NCBI GenBank assembly: GCA_002269645.1
Contig: NIVC01001307.1
Span: 1 to 64,000 of the forward strand
Length of the DNA stretch: 64,000 bases
Reading direction: 5' to 3'
Source of the DNA: Macrostomum lignano
Taxonomy: Eukaryota
Part shown: one piece after another, positions 54,992-64,000 of the stretch
Numbering within the stretch: position 1 is the first letter of the stretch
How the letters are laid out: every line of letters begins with the position of its first letter
Notes under the pieces: model-generated
Database searches by the model: none
Told to the model about the DNA's origin: nothing
The model's input: only the letters and a program-made list of their open reading frames with translations
Position numbers and translations under genes: made by a program

Positions 54992-55475
54992 TTTTAATGT
55001 TTAAAAAACATGTTTCTATCAATTTAATAATTTCTAAATATTGATCACCATATAAAAAATTTAAAGCAAATTCCCCAGTTAACAAGGTAACTCCATTATC
55101 AAATACTTTTTGTACGGGGTTTTTAGTAGTATTATTAATGCAAATATAATATAAATCAAATTCGGGATTAACATATTTAAATTCTAATAACTTTTGAATA
55201 TTTCTAAATCGACTTGATGAATTATCTGTGTTATCAGAAGATTTTAACTCTAACGCAACTTTTCTTTCTGTATGAATTAAATCAATTTTATTTACTTTTT
55301 CAAAACCAAAATGTTTAATAGCTAATAATTCATAAAGATATCCAAGTCTCATTTGAATTGTTTTAATACGGTTTGCAATTATTAATTCATCTTGAAATAT
55401 CTTATTTAGTATTCTGTCAGAACCAGCCTTATCATAAATAGGTTTACAAAGACAATCTTTTATCGTATTATCCAT
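54972..55475 (-). CDS. PD-(D/E)XK endonuclease, Eco47II-like restriction-enzyme fold (167 aa)
   Basis: KTIQMRLGYLYE helix followed by IDL...ALELKSSDNTDNSSS (D...ExK). The family assignment is from recalled motif resemblance only. Confidence 0.6.
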   Translation of the reverse strand: MDNTIKDCLCKPIYDKAGSDRILNKIFQDELIIANRIKTIQMRLGYLYELLAIKHFGFEKVNKIDLIHTERKVALELKSSDNTDNSSSRFRNIQKLLEFKYVNPEFDLYYICINNTTKNPVQKVFDNGVTLLTGEFALNFLYGDQYLEIIKLIETCFLNIKNEPTCV

Positions 55476-55498
55476 TTTATAAAAAATAAATTTAACAA

Positions 55499-56176
55499 TT
55501 AAACACCTGTATGTCCAGCAGCTTTCGCAGCAGCTAAAACAAGTTTTCGCGGGGTTTTAAATCCATCACCAACAGCTGGTTTGTTATTTATAGAATTTAC
55601 AATCCATTTATACAAGCTGGTATTTTTAACAGCTCCTCCTAACTCATTATAAAAAATTTTAGCACTTACTAATTCATCCTTAGTATATAAATCCGGGTTA
55701 AATTTTACCCTAGGGTTCATAATAATATTATATGCTCCACCCAATTCTGTATATAGTTCATTTCGATCTTTATCAACGTTACCAATTCGATAATTATTAT
55801 TACCTAAATCTGTAACAGCAATACTAGGTGGTACTCTTGGAAATTGTTGCCGATCAACTCCACCCCTAATCTCTTCAGCCCTAATCTCTATAACTCTCAA
55901 TTGTGCTTGAGCAACACCATAAGCAGGCGGCTCATCATCCAAAATTTCATCCTCTTTTGGCTCAGTATTTTTAGCAATTTTTTCCAGAAGATCTTTATCT
56001 GTTTTTTCTAGTTCACTAATTTTCCCAGTAATAGGATTAACAAAAGGAGCAGCAAATCTTTCGCCAGCTAATTGTATTCCTAACTTTCTTTTTTGTAAAT
56101 TTCTAACAAAATCAGAATATCTTTGCTTCTCTTTATAAATCGCTAACTCTCCATCAACGTCCATAAATTGACTCAT
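55499..56176 (-). CDS. Polinton-type hypothetical protein (225 aa)
   Basis: Divergent from the MCP gene; PFVNPIT and C-terminal LVLAAAKAAGHTG resemble a conserved Polinton accessory/core protein (weak recall). Confidence 0.55.
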   Translation of the reverse strand: MSQFMDVDGELAIYKEKQRYSDFVRNLQKRKLGIQLAGERFAAPFVNPITGKISELEKTDKDLLEKIAKNTEPKEDEILDDEPPAYGVAQAQLRVIEIRAEEIRGGVDRQQFPRVPPSIAVTDLGNNNYRIGNVDKDRNELYTELGGAYNIIMNPRVKFNPDLYTKDELVSAKIFYNELGGAVKNTSLYKWIVNSINNKPAVGDGFKTPRKLVLAAAKAAGHTGV

Positions 56177-56210
56177 TTTTTAACATAAAAAACTTTTTTA
56201 ACTTAAAAAA

Positions 56211-57683
56211 ATGGCTGAAACAAAAACTATGTGGAGTGATAAATTTCATTTCAAAAAGCACCGACAGTATATTAATGAGGTCAGAGCAAGAGATTTAAAT
56301 TATACCCTACCAACAAGTGATAATTCAAATAACTTTACTACTGGAACGGTAACTTTTGACATCGGCGCAACCAACACTATATTGGATATGAAAAATGCGT
56401 TTTTCCGCGTTAGATGGTTGTATACTAGAAATGATGGAACTGCTCTTGCAGCCGGAGATATCGCAGATCGATCCAGAATAATAATAGAAAATGATTGGTT
56501 TTATAAATGTTTTTCCCAAGCTCAACTAACTGTTAATGGTGCTGAGGTTGAGACATCATCAAACCCCGCAGAGATTAATGGAGTTTTGAAACATTTAAAT
56601 TATACTTATTTATCAAAACAAGTTGGTGATAATGTTGGGTGGATGCCGGATAAAGGTAACGGGCAAGCAGTAGTTTTCCCTAATGTACAAAACGCAGCCG
56701 GTGCAGATACTGCAGCGCTAATTGTTTACCTTAATACAAACATAGTTCCAGTTGTAACCACTATGACTAATACAAAAGATATTAATACTGGTTTTATAGA
56801 TCGTCAGAATAAATTCCCAGTCGCGGTTTTAACCACAGCAACAGCATATGAGCAGGACTTTTCAATCTTTCCACTATTTGGGTTTTTCTCACCAAATCGG
56901 GTATGGAAAGGATTAAAATTTGGGATACAGTTGCAAATATCTGGTGGATATCAGCCTAGGATACTTTATGGAACCTCAATTTCAACCGATATAGCAGTTC
57001 GTATAGATTCAATTCAATTAGTCGTACCAACTATTGAGGTAACAGCCCCACTTTTAAAACACATCGATAATCAGTTAACGCATGATCAGGAAATATTTTA
57101 TTTGAATCGTCGACATTTTATGCGAACCATTAATAATAACCAGGATTCATTCCAGTGGCAAATACTGACATCAAAACGTCGGGTGAGATATATTTTTGTT
57201 TGGTTTAAGATAACAAATAGAAGGAGTAAAAGAGCAAATGGGGATTTATATTGGCTTCAATCCGGTGCCATAGCAGAACAAGCAGCCACCGCAACAGACA
57301 ATGCGGCTGCAGCTATTAACGAGTTTAATGTTCAGAATATCCGCCTGCAGGTTGATGATCAATATTATCCGGTTAAAGACCCCCTAAATTTAAATATAGC
57401 AAATAATAATGTTAATGATTTTATAAAATATTATCAAGATTATGCTAAAAATGAAGCGTATGCCGTCCCTCAGTACACACCCACAGAGTTTCTAAACATT
57501 CATCCAGTGGTTGTTTATGATCTAACGGCACAGAAAGAAAACGTAGCCAATATTGGACTTAATTATATGTTAGAGATTAATAAAACCGGTAATCAGGCAC
57601 TTGACGCCCACGTATTGTTTCTAGAGGAATATATGTCAATTGCTAAAGCTGATGGCACGATTGTTCGGGACGCACCATTGTAA
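56211..57683 (+). CDS. Major capsid protein (double jelly-roll, 490 aa)
   Basis: Size, beta-rich composition and Polinton MCP-like motifs VTFDI, ENDWFYKCFSQAQLTVNGAEVE, VRYIFVWF, VQNIRLQVDDQYYP and VVVYDLTAQ; position next to the ATPase and penton genes. Confidence 0.85.
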   Translation: MAETKTMWSDKFHFKKHRQYINEVRARDLNYTLPTSDNSNNFTTGTVTFDIGATNTILDMKNAFFRVRWLYTRNDGTALAAGDIADRSRIIIENDWFYKCFSQAQLTVNGAEVETSSNPAEINGVLKHLNYTYLSKQVGDNVGWMPDKGNGQAVVFPNVQNAAGADTAALIVYLNTNIVPVVTTMTNTKDINTGFIDRQNKFPVAVLTTATAYEQDFSIFPLFGFFSPNRVWKGLKFGIQLQISGGYQPRILYGTSISTDIAVRIDSIQLVVPTIEVTAPLLKHIDNQLTHDQEIFYLNRRHFMRTINNNQDSFQWQILTSKRRVRYIFVWFKITNRRSKRANGDLYWLQSGAIAEQAATATDNAAAAINEFNVQNIRLQVDDQYYPVKDPLNLNIANNNVNDFIKYYQDYAKNEAYAVPQYTPTEFLNIHPVVVYDLTAQKENVANIGLNYMLEINKTGNQALDAHVLFLEEYMSIAKADGTIVRDAPL

Positions 57684-57734
57684 AATGAGTGCAGGTCTCC
57701 GACCGTCGCGCCTATTTAAATTATTTCTTTAAAA

Positions 57735-58525
57735 ATGGTAAAGGCAAAACACGATAAGATATTTCCAAATGATCCTTTTCTTTGTTTAGTAATTGGTGGG
57801 TCGGGTAAAGGAAAAACACACTTTGTTTATGACCTGTTAACAACCGATGGAATGCTAGACTATAATAATTTAATAATTTATACTAAAAAACCTAGAATAA
57901 AATATTATGAATTTCTTAAAGATGGATTAAAAAACAAATTAAAAAAAGATGTCTTGTTTAGAATGTTAAGAGCATATGAGCAATATGAGGATGATGACGA
58001 ACCGCGATTTAATCTAGCAGACATTGAGGATTTATGTAAAACAATGGCACAACAGCCAGAAAACATCACCGATCGCCCGAAGGGTCGCGGACTTCGTCCG
58101 ATCGAGCCCCAACTGTTAGAGTATCAACCCGATTAGCCTATGATCAAATTCCAAAACATGATAAAACACTAATTATTTTTGATGATTGTATTAATGACGG
58201 TGATCAAGAATTGCAAAAGGAAATTTTTGTTAGTGGTAGAGGAGATGGAATTGGAGCTTTTTATCTTACTCAATCCTTTAGAGAATTAGAATCGATTATA
58301 AAAAAGAATGCTAGCTGTTGTGTAATGTTTGATTTAGATAACTATGATCTACAAAATATTCACGCTAGATTTAATCCCGGATTGGATGCAAAACCATTTA
58401 AAAGTATGTGTAAAAAAATTTGGGATGATAGCCAATACAAACATATTTATATCAATCCGAGGTTAGAAAGGAAAAATCGAATCTTAAAAGATCTTATAAA
58501 AGAAGACGATGAGGAAGAAGAATGA
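57735..58525 (+). pseudogene. A32/FtsK-type DNA packaging ATPase, frameshifted
   Basis: Walker A GGSGKGKT in 57735-58136; Walker B LIIFDDC, GR and TQS in the -1 frame up to 58525. Removing the 29 nt between CGATCG copies (58070, 58099) restores the frame. Confidence 0.88.
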
Positions 58526-58576
58526 TCGCCCCATAGGGTCGCGTACCTTCGGTACGATTAATTTCCCACTATAAAA

Positions 58577-59362
58577 ATGACTACAAATTTAAATACTATA
58601 AAACAATTGGTAGATCGAACTAATTCAAAATTTAGTACAACATTACAGTTTATAATGACAACCAGCGAGCAACGGATTCAATTGCGCGATCCATTACAAC
58701 TTGATCAAAGCCTAAGTTATCAAATAGGTTTAATACTATTTTCGGTTTTCAACATGCCTCAATTAATTAATGCAACAAATAATCAATTTAGATATTCTAA
58801 AGATTCCGGAGCAAATTGGACAACATTTAGCGTTAACCCAGGAGCGTATAGCTATACTGATTTGAATGCTTATATAGAAGGAGAATTAACAACTAATGGT
58901 GATTGGGTAGCAGGAGCAATTGTTATAGGTGTTGATTTACCGTCTGGCAGATTCACACTATCACTAGGATCCGGATATCAGGTTGATTTCACAATTGCAA
59001 ATTCACTCAGAACCATACTTGGATTTAATTCCCGAATAGTTACCACATCAAGCACCGGTGATACAGTTGGAAATATAGAGGGTGGAGTAAATACAATTAA
59101 TATAACAACCGACATTTCAAACGGTGGTTATATAACAGACGATAACGGAGTTTTGGTTCAACGTGGAATTATTTATTCAATCCCATTTCTTGCTGTTCCA
59201 ATTGGAGAGAAAATGATTGTATCACCTCAAACCCCAATATATTACCCATTAAATCAATATAATGTTCAATCAATTTATATTAGGATTGTAGATGAAAGCG
59301 ATAGATTAATAAGTTTTGGTGGGCAGTCAATAACAGTAATTTTACGTATAAAACAGGTTTAG
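58577..59362 (+). CDS. Minor capsid protein (penton, single jelly-roll, 261 aa)
   Basis: Polinton penton-like pattern: NNQFRYS, GAYSYTDLN, ILGFNS, INITTDI, IIYSIPF, IYYPL, IYIRIVDE...ISFGGQSITVILRI. Confidence 0.8.
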   Translation: MTTNLNTIKQLVDRTNSKFSTTLQFIMTTSEQRIQLRDPLQLDQSLSYQIGLILFSVFNMPQLINATNNQFRYSKDSGANWTTFSVNPGAYSYTDLNAYIEGELTTNGDWVAGAIVIGVDLPSGRFTLSLGSGYQVDFTIANSLRTILGFNSRIVTTSSTGDTVGNIEGGVNTINITTDISNGGYITDDNGVLVQRGIIYSIPFLAVPIGEKMIVSPQTPIYYPLNQYNVQSIYIRIVDESDRLISFGGQSITVILRIKQV

Positions 59363-59372
59363 TACTGTAAAA

Positions 59373-59552
59373 ATGGGTAATAATAATAATAATTTAATAA
59401 AAAAACAATCAGAAAAAGTTAAAAAAACTGAAGATAATTACGAACTAGAACTAGCAAAATTAAGGCAGTTACAAGCTGATAAAATAAGAAAGGAATTGTT
59501 AAAACCCACACCTACGAAACTAACTAAAACCAAGAGTTTTTCAGGAACATAA
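59373..59552 (+). CDS. Small basic protein (59 aa, MGNNNNN...; below the ORF-track cutoff)
   Basis: TAAAAATG start; fills the penton-protease gap exactly. Confidence 0.5.
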   Translation: MGNNNNNLIKKQSEKVKKTEDNYELELAKLRQLQADKIRKELLKPTPTKLTKTKSFSGT

Positions 59553-59553
59553 A

Positions 59554-59988
59554 ATGACCATGACGTGATGATTTTAAACAAAGATATGGAACGGACACAA
59601 CAAGCAATATCGAATTAACAAATTGGGCGAGGCAGTTAAAAATAAAACCATTCAGATGTGTTATGCGGGATGAGATAAAAGACTTACCAAGATATGGATC
59701 TTTCATTGTTAATATTGAAACAACAAAAGAAAATGGTGTTCATTGGTCAGCAGTTTATTCAAAACCAAACTTGTTTATTTTTTTGATTCATACGCGCTTC
59801 CTCCGTTACAGGAAATAAAAGATAAATTTAATCATACTAAAAATCGTTTATGTGGAGATCATCACGAACAATTTCAAACCTTTGATAAAAGTTATTGCGG
59901 GCAAGCGGCGTTGTATTTTTTATATAAAATTAATAACTCGAAGGAAACCCCCGAAGTATTTAAGAATATTTTAGACTCTATAAAATAG
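59554..59988 (+). pseudogene. Adenain-like cysteine protease, two frameshifts
   Basis: NGVHWSAVY (His), YFFDSY (Asp) and QFQTFDKSYCG (Gln/Cys); frame breaks at ~59563 and ~59763 (A run). Confidence 0.85.
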
Positions 59989-59998
59989 ACAGTAAAAA

Positions 59999-62046
59999 AT
60001 GTTATTTTCTGGAACACCCTCATGGAACGGAACAACAAGTAGTGGTGGTGGTGGCACATCTGGTGGAATAAGTGTTACATTTGGAGATAATCGATATATT
60101 AATGAAGATGAAGGTTATAAAAAAAGTGAAGTTGATACTAAACTAAATTTAAAAAGAAATGTTGCAGATTCCTATACCAAAACTCAAATAGATGATTCAC
60201 TAAATCTGAAACGGAACGTAGCCGATTCCTATACCAAAACCGAAGTTGATAATTCATTAAATTTAAAACGCAATACAGCCGATTCTTATACCAAAACCGA
60301 AGTTGATAATTCATTAAATTTGAAACGGAACGTAGCCGATTCTTATACCAAAACCGAAGTTGATAATTCATTAAATTTGAAACGGAACGTAGCCGATTCT
60401 TATACCAAAACCGAAGTTGATAATGGATTAAATTTAAAAAGAGATGTAACTGATTCTTATTCTCGAACTGATTCTGATTCACGTTATGTTCAAACCACCG
60501 CAACCGGAAACCTAGATATGAGCAACAACCGAATTATAAATGTTTCAATTACAACTAGTGATTCAGTGGTTGATAAGAACTATGTCGATAATCAAGTTGC
60601 CACTCGTAGTGGAAATATTAATATGAATAATTTTAAATTAACAAATTTATTATTTGGAACAGAGAACGCAGACTCGATAACTCTAGGCCAAGTAAACGAG
60701 CGAGCTAATGCAACCGACGCCGATATTTTTACCACGCCGCTTACATCAAATACTTCAAATCCTGATGTTGTTCTTACAGCATCTGAAAATGGCAACACAG
60801 CTTTTCGAGTTGGAGATGGAAGCCTTGCGACACAATGGTCACCAAATACCGGAACCACAACCAATATGGAAATTCAATTTGAATTTTTAGGTTATAATAG
60901 AAGAATATTTGAATTAAGAATTACAGGCAGTGAAACAATTGAGATACCCTCGGGGTGGTCGGTTCGCGCAAAAAATGTTGCTACCGATTCATGGACGACA
61001 TTAACTACGTCGGGATCACCAGTTCAAGCAACATCATTTGCTCTATCTAATTTAACGACTAATTTTTGGAAATATTATAGCGTATTCTTCCCAACTGGTG
61101 GTACCGGTACACAACCTATCGAGGTTCGTCAAATACAATTATTTGAACACCGTGTTGAAATTCAAGATCTTAATTGGCCAACTCAAATACTTTCTGCAGT
61201 TCCGCGAGCGTACGTAGATCAGCTAGCTACTCCAACATCAAATGGTAGAATGTCTGGAAGCGATAAAAATAAATTGGATGGAATACCTGCTATTGATGCG
61301 GCCTTGTTCGAACCAGTAATTTGCAATTGGTCTGGATATCAAAATCCAACAACAGCCGGAGATATATATCCAGTCGGTTCTTTAATTAGCGATGCTTCTT
61401 ATATCGATTATCAAAACGGCGCTAGAATTACTCGTGAAACTTCTGGAGTAAGTGGTGCTTTACAATTCAATTTCACACATTTTCAAAATATATCTGCGTC
61501 TTTCTTTTTCCGAGTTGCTAATTCTACAGGAGATGGTGCAGATGCGGTTTGGTTTTATGCATATCGTCACGAACGTCCAACATCGGAATTTGGAACTGGA
61601 TTATCAACCGACGCCGGCTGATAGTGTTTGCTAGTGAGTGGACTGATAGGTTTGGAGTTGTTTGGAGTAATAAAAAATCAGACGGATCTACGGTTCGTAA
61701 CGATGTTAGTAGTGATGCGGATCAAACTGTAGCCTATGCTAATATTGATAACGGTGATTGGCATTTATTTGAAGTTAATATTTTAAATCAAAGGGTTTGG
61801 TACCGATTACAGTCATACAATGTTGCTGGTGATTCTTTTACCCTCATTGGACAGAACGTTTTCACATATGATAGTGGAACTTGGGGAACTTTAGATAAAT
61901 CTGGAACCCTTATGGGTTTTGGTGCTCGAACTGGTGGAGCGGATGCTGCACATTTTATTCGTGGTGCAGTTGTATGTGGTAGTACGTCGTTTGGTTATGT
62001 TTTTCCCTCTACTGCTTATTTGGAAAAACCTCCTACTCAAATATAA
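59999..62046 (+). CDS. Fiber/receptor-binding-like protein with 19-aa repeats, discoidin-like and L-type lectin-like domains; one -1 frameshift at ~61617
   Basis: Tandem SYTKTEVDNSLNLKRNVAD; tail-fiber-type LDMSNNRIINV/KNYVD repeats; lectin-like GDGADAVWF...GDWHLFEV...GFGARTGG split across ORFs 59999-61621 and 61549-62046. Confidence 0.7.
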
Positions 62047-62077
62047 AATATTTATATATAAAATATTTCTATATAAA

Positions 62078-62377
62078 ATGGCTTTTAGTAGAACTCCATC
62101 GATGCGGCAAAATAATGTTATTATTCCTATTCCTAAACAAGAATCAAATATAAAAACATTCAAATCTCATACCAAATTTTTATTTAGTACTGTAAATGTT
62201 CAGGATAATAAGAAGCTTCAAGAATTAATTAAGTTATTAAAAAATCATATTATACTTCAAGAGTTTTGGAAAATAGGATTTAAATGGGAGAAAAAAGAAA
62301 GAATAACTCCAATACAATACCTATTGAGCTCGGGACAAATCCCAAAGAGCGTGGGGAATTCATTTTGGTGCTATTAA
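62078..62377 (+). CDS. Hypothetical viral protein (99 aa)
   Basis: TAAAATG start within ORF 61919-62377. Confidence 0.45.
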   Translation: MAFSRTPSMRQNNVIIPIPKQESNIKTFKSHTKFLFSTVNVQDNKKLQELIKLLKNHIILQEFWKIGFKWEKKERITPIQYLLSSGQIPKSVGNSFWCY

Positions 62378-62389
62378 AAATAGACGAGA

Positions 62390-62950
62390 ATGTCGGTATC
62401 TGAAGCAGATAAATGGGAACGCGACCGGTTCAACCAACGTAAAGGTCAGATGTTAAGTAATGTTGATCGTAAACTATGATTATGATTTATATACTAAAAA
62501 AGTAAGAAGAGTTTCAAACCATATAAGAAATATGGATTTTTCAATATTGGATTTGGAAGCTTATCAATGTTATGTGTAATCGTTTTAGGTATTTTACAAT
62601 CTATTCCAACTCTTAATTTATCTCAATTATTTTTAGGTATTTCAATTGGCTCAATATCAGGTTTTGAATTGATCAGAACTTATCAATACTTTTAGCAATT
62701 AAATTATATCTTAAAAAAAGAAAGGAAAAATATAAATCATTAAGAGATGTTGCCAACAATATAAAAATCATTATATTTATATGTGCAAAAAATATTGGAT
62801 GACGGAGAGATAACGATTCATGAATTATCAACCGCGGTTGAATTATATGAAAAATATTTAAAAGATAGAAATAGAATTTTAGATGTTGAAACTTTTACCG
62901 ATATGGAATTAAAAGAATTAGTTTGGACAAACCCAAAGCTCCACCGATAG
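62390..62950 (+). pseudogene. Frameshifted two-TM Polinton accessory protein
   Basis: Fragments KPYKKYGFFNIGFGSLSMLCVIVLGIL...FLGISIGSISG and KERKKYKSLRDVA...QKILDDGEITIHEL lie in different frames. Confidence 0.4.
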
Positions 62951-63054
62951 AAACATTAGGTATTTACGAACCTGAAACTATTGCTACTGGGGCACAAAGC
63001 CCGCGGTCAGGAAGTGCTGTAGAACTTAATGTGTTTACGTAATCATTGTTGTAT

Positions 63055-63535
63055 TCAGTATTTTAATGCATATGTTATATATTCTTCCCAAAGTGGTAAC
63101 TCTCTTCTGATTCTAGGTTTAAATTTTTTATCAATACATAAAAATTCCAATGACTTTTTCAATAACATTTCGTTAGGTATGTTACCTATCCTTATAAACT
63201 TTGTATTCTCTCGAATAAGAAAATTGAAATAATATCCAACTAAAATTAAAATCCTTTCAGAGTCTTTCGAACTTAATCCCTTTCCTTTATTTAAATGGAA
63301 AAAGTTATTATATAAATAAACATTATTTCCGGGAATTAAAATTGGATCAGAAATGTCTCTTGTAAGATTTCTTAAAATTGTGTTTTTAAAATAGTAATAT
63401 GAGTTTTCAATCTTTTTTGTTTTTTCAAATTGATATATTTTAGAACATGAATAACACATATGATATATATCTCCGTTTGCTGTTTGCCCTCTGTGCATAG
63501 TCACATTACATTTATTACACGTAAATGTCTTTCAT
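63055..63535 (-). CDS. Hypothetical protein with N-terminal zinc ribbon (1-nt frameshift near the start)
   Basis: CNKC (upstream of the ORF-track start) and CYSC pairs; AAAAAATG at 63535 is out of frame by 1. Confidence 0.45.
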
Positions 63536-63558
63536 TTTTTTTATTTTTTAGATTAAAA

Positions 63559-63750
63559 ATGGAGAGCTGGTTCAAAACCGATTCTAATGTGATTAATTAT
63601 CTCACACCCAATATGTTGGAGAATAAAGAATATAATATTATATGTTTGAGACAGGTTAAATTTATTGGGCTTCAATCAATATTTTTACAATTAGATGGGC
63701 AAAAAATTTTATGTCTAAGCGGAGATGATGTTAAAATTTTCCTGTTTTAG
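63559..63750 (+). CDS. Hypothetical viral protein (63 aa)
   Basis: TAAAAATG start, divergent from the previous gene. Confidence 0.4.
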   Translation: MESWFKTDSNVINYLTPNMLENKEYNIICLRQVKFIGLQSIFLQLDGQKILCLSGDDVKIFLF

Positions 63751-64000
63751 TTATTAATAAACCTAAAGCGTTTGTTATGAAATACTGCAACGAGGGTGGA
63801 TTGCAATTTAAACTAAAACAAACAAATAATAAAAAGAGTGATAGGACTGTAAAATTGGCGGCTGTTTGGGAGGATGACGACGAAGACTAAATTTTTTATA
63901 AGAAAATGGATACGATAAAAATCCTTATCACTAAAGAGCGTGAACTTAATGATATTAATAAAAAAATAAATATAATTATATCTCAGAAATATCATGAGTA

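Larger units (their letters stand above)
52497..64000. mobile_element. Polinton/Maverick (adintovirus-like) endogenous viral element, left ~11.5 kb; continues past the window
   Basis: Abrupt switch to AT-rich, tightly packed ORFs; AGTAGT terminus; INT, MCP, penton, A32 ATPase and adenain genes present. Confidence 0.95.

Noticed and set aside
52823-64000. Protein-primed DNA polymerase B gene
   Set aside because: No pPolB motifs seen in the window; expected beyond 64000, so not called.

Overview
Eukaryotic (animal) nuclear DNA. GC-rich, polyQ/polyA-rich exons are separated by introns packed with unrelated minisatellites and long (GATA)n/(GACA)n arrays. This architecture suggests a flatworm such as Macrostomum, which is an inference I did not verify. 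Host genes: a divergent 3-exon SOX-type HMG-box factor (19290-22076), a 4-exon beta-propeller-like protein (23978-27921), a 2-exon class A GPCR (42021-43745) and the 3' five exons of a USP24-like deubiquitinase (minus strand, 45995-51843). Mobile DNA: an RNase H-bearing non-LTR fragment, an intact mariner, several copies of a tRNA-derived SINE, and, from 52497 to the window end, an AT-rich Polinton/Maverick (adintovirus-like) endogenous virus. The virus carries integrase, major and minor capsid, A32 ATPase, adenain protease and fiber-like genes; pPolB is not in the window. Main discovery: the viral PLA2-integrase gene is split by a complete 325-nt group I self-splicing intron (54541-54865, minus strand). 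It has an IC1-like fold with P1-P9, a U.G 5' splice site and a terminal G, and its removal restores the reading frame. A free-standing PD-(D/E)XK endonuclease gene overlaps the start of that gene. Second highlight: a 167-nt USP24 intron consists of one SINE plus a 10-bp target-site duplication containing AG|GT, which looks like a retroposon-created intron.
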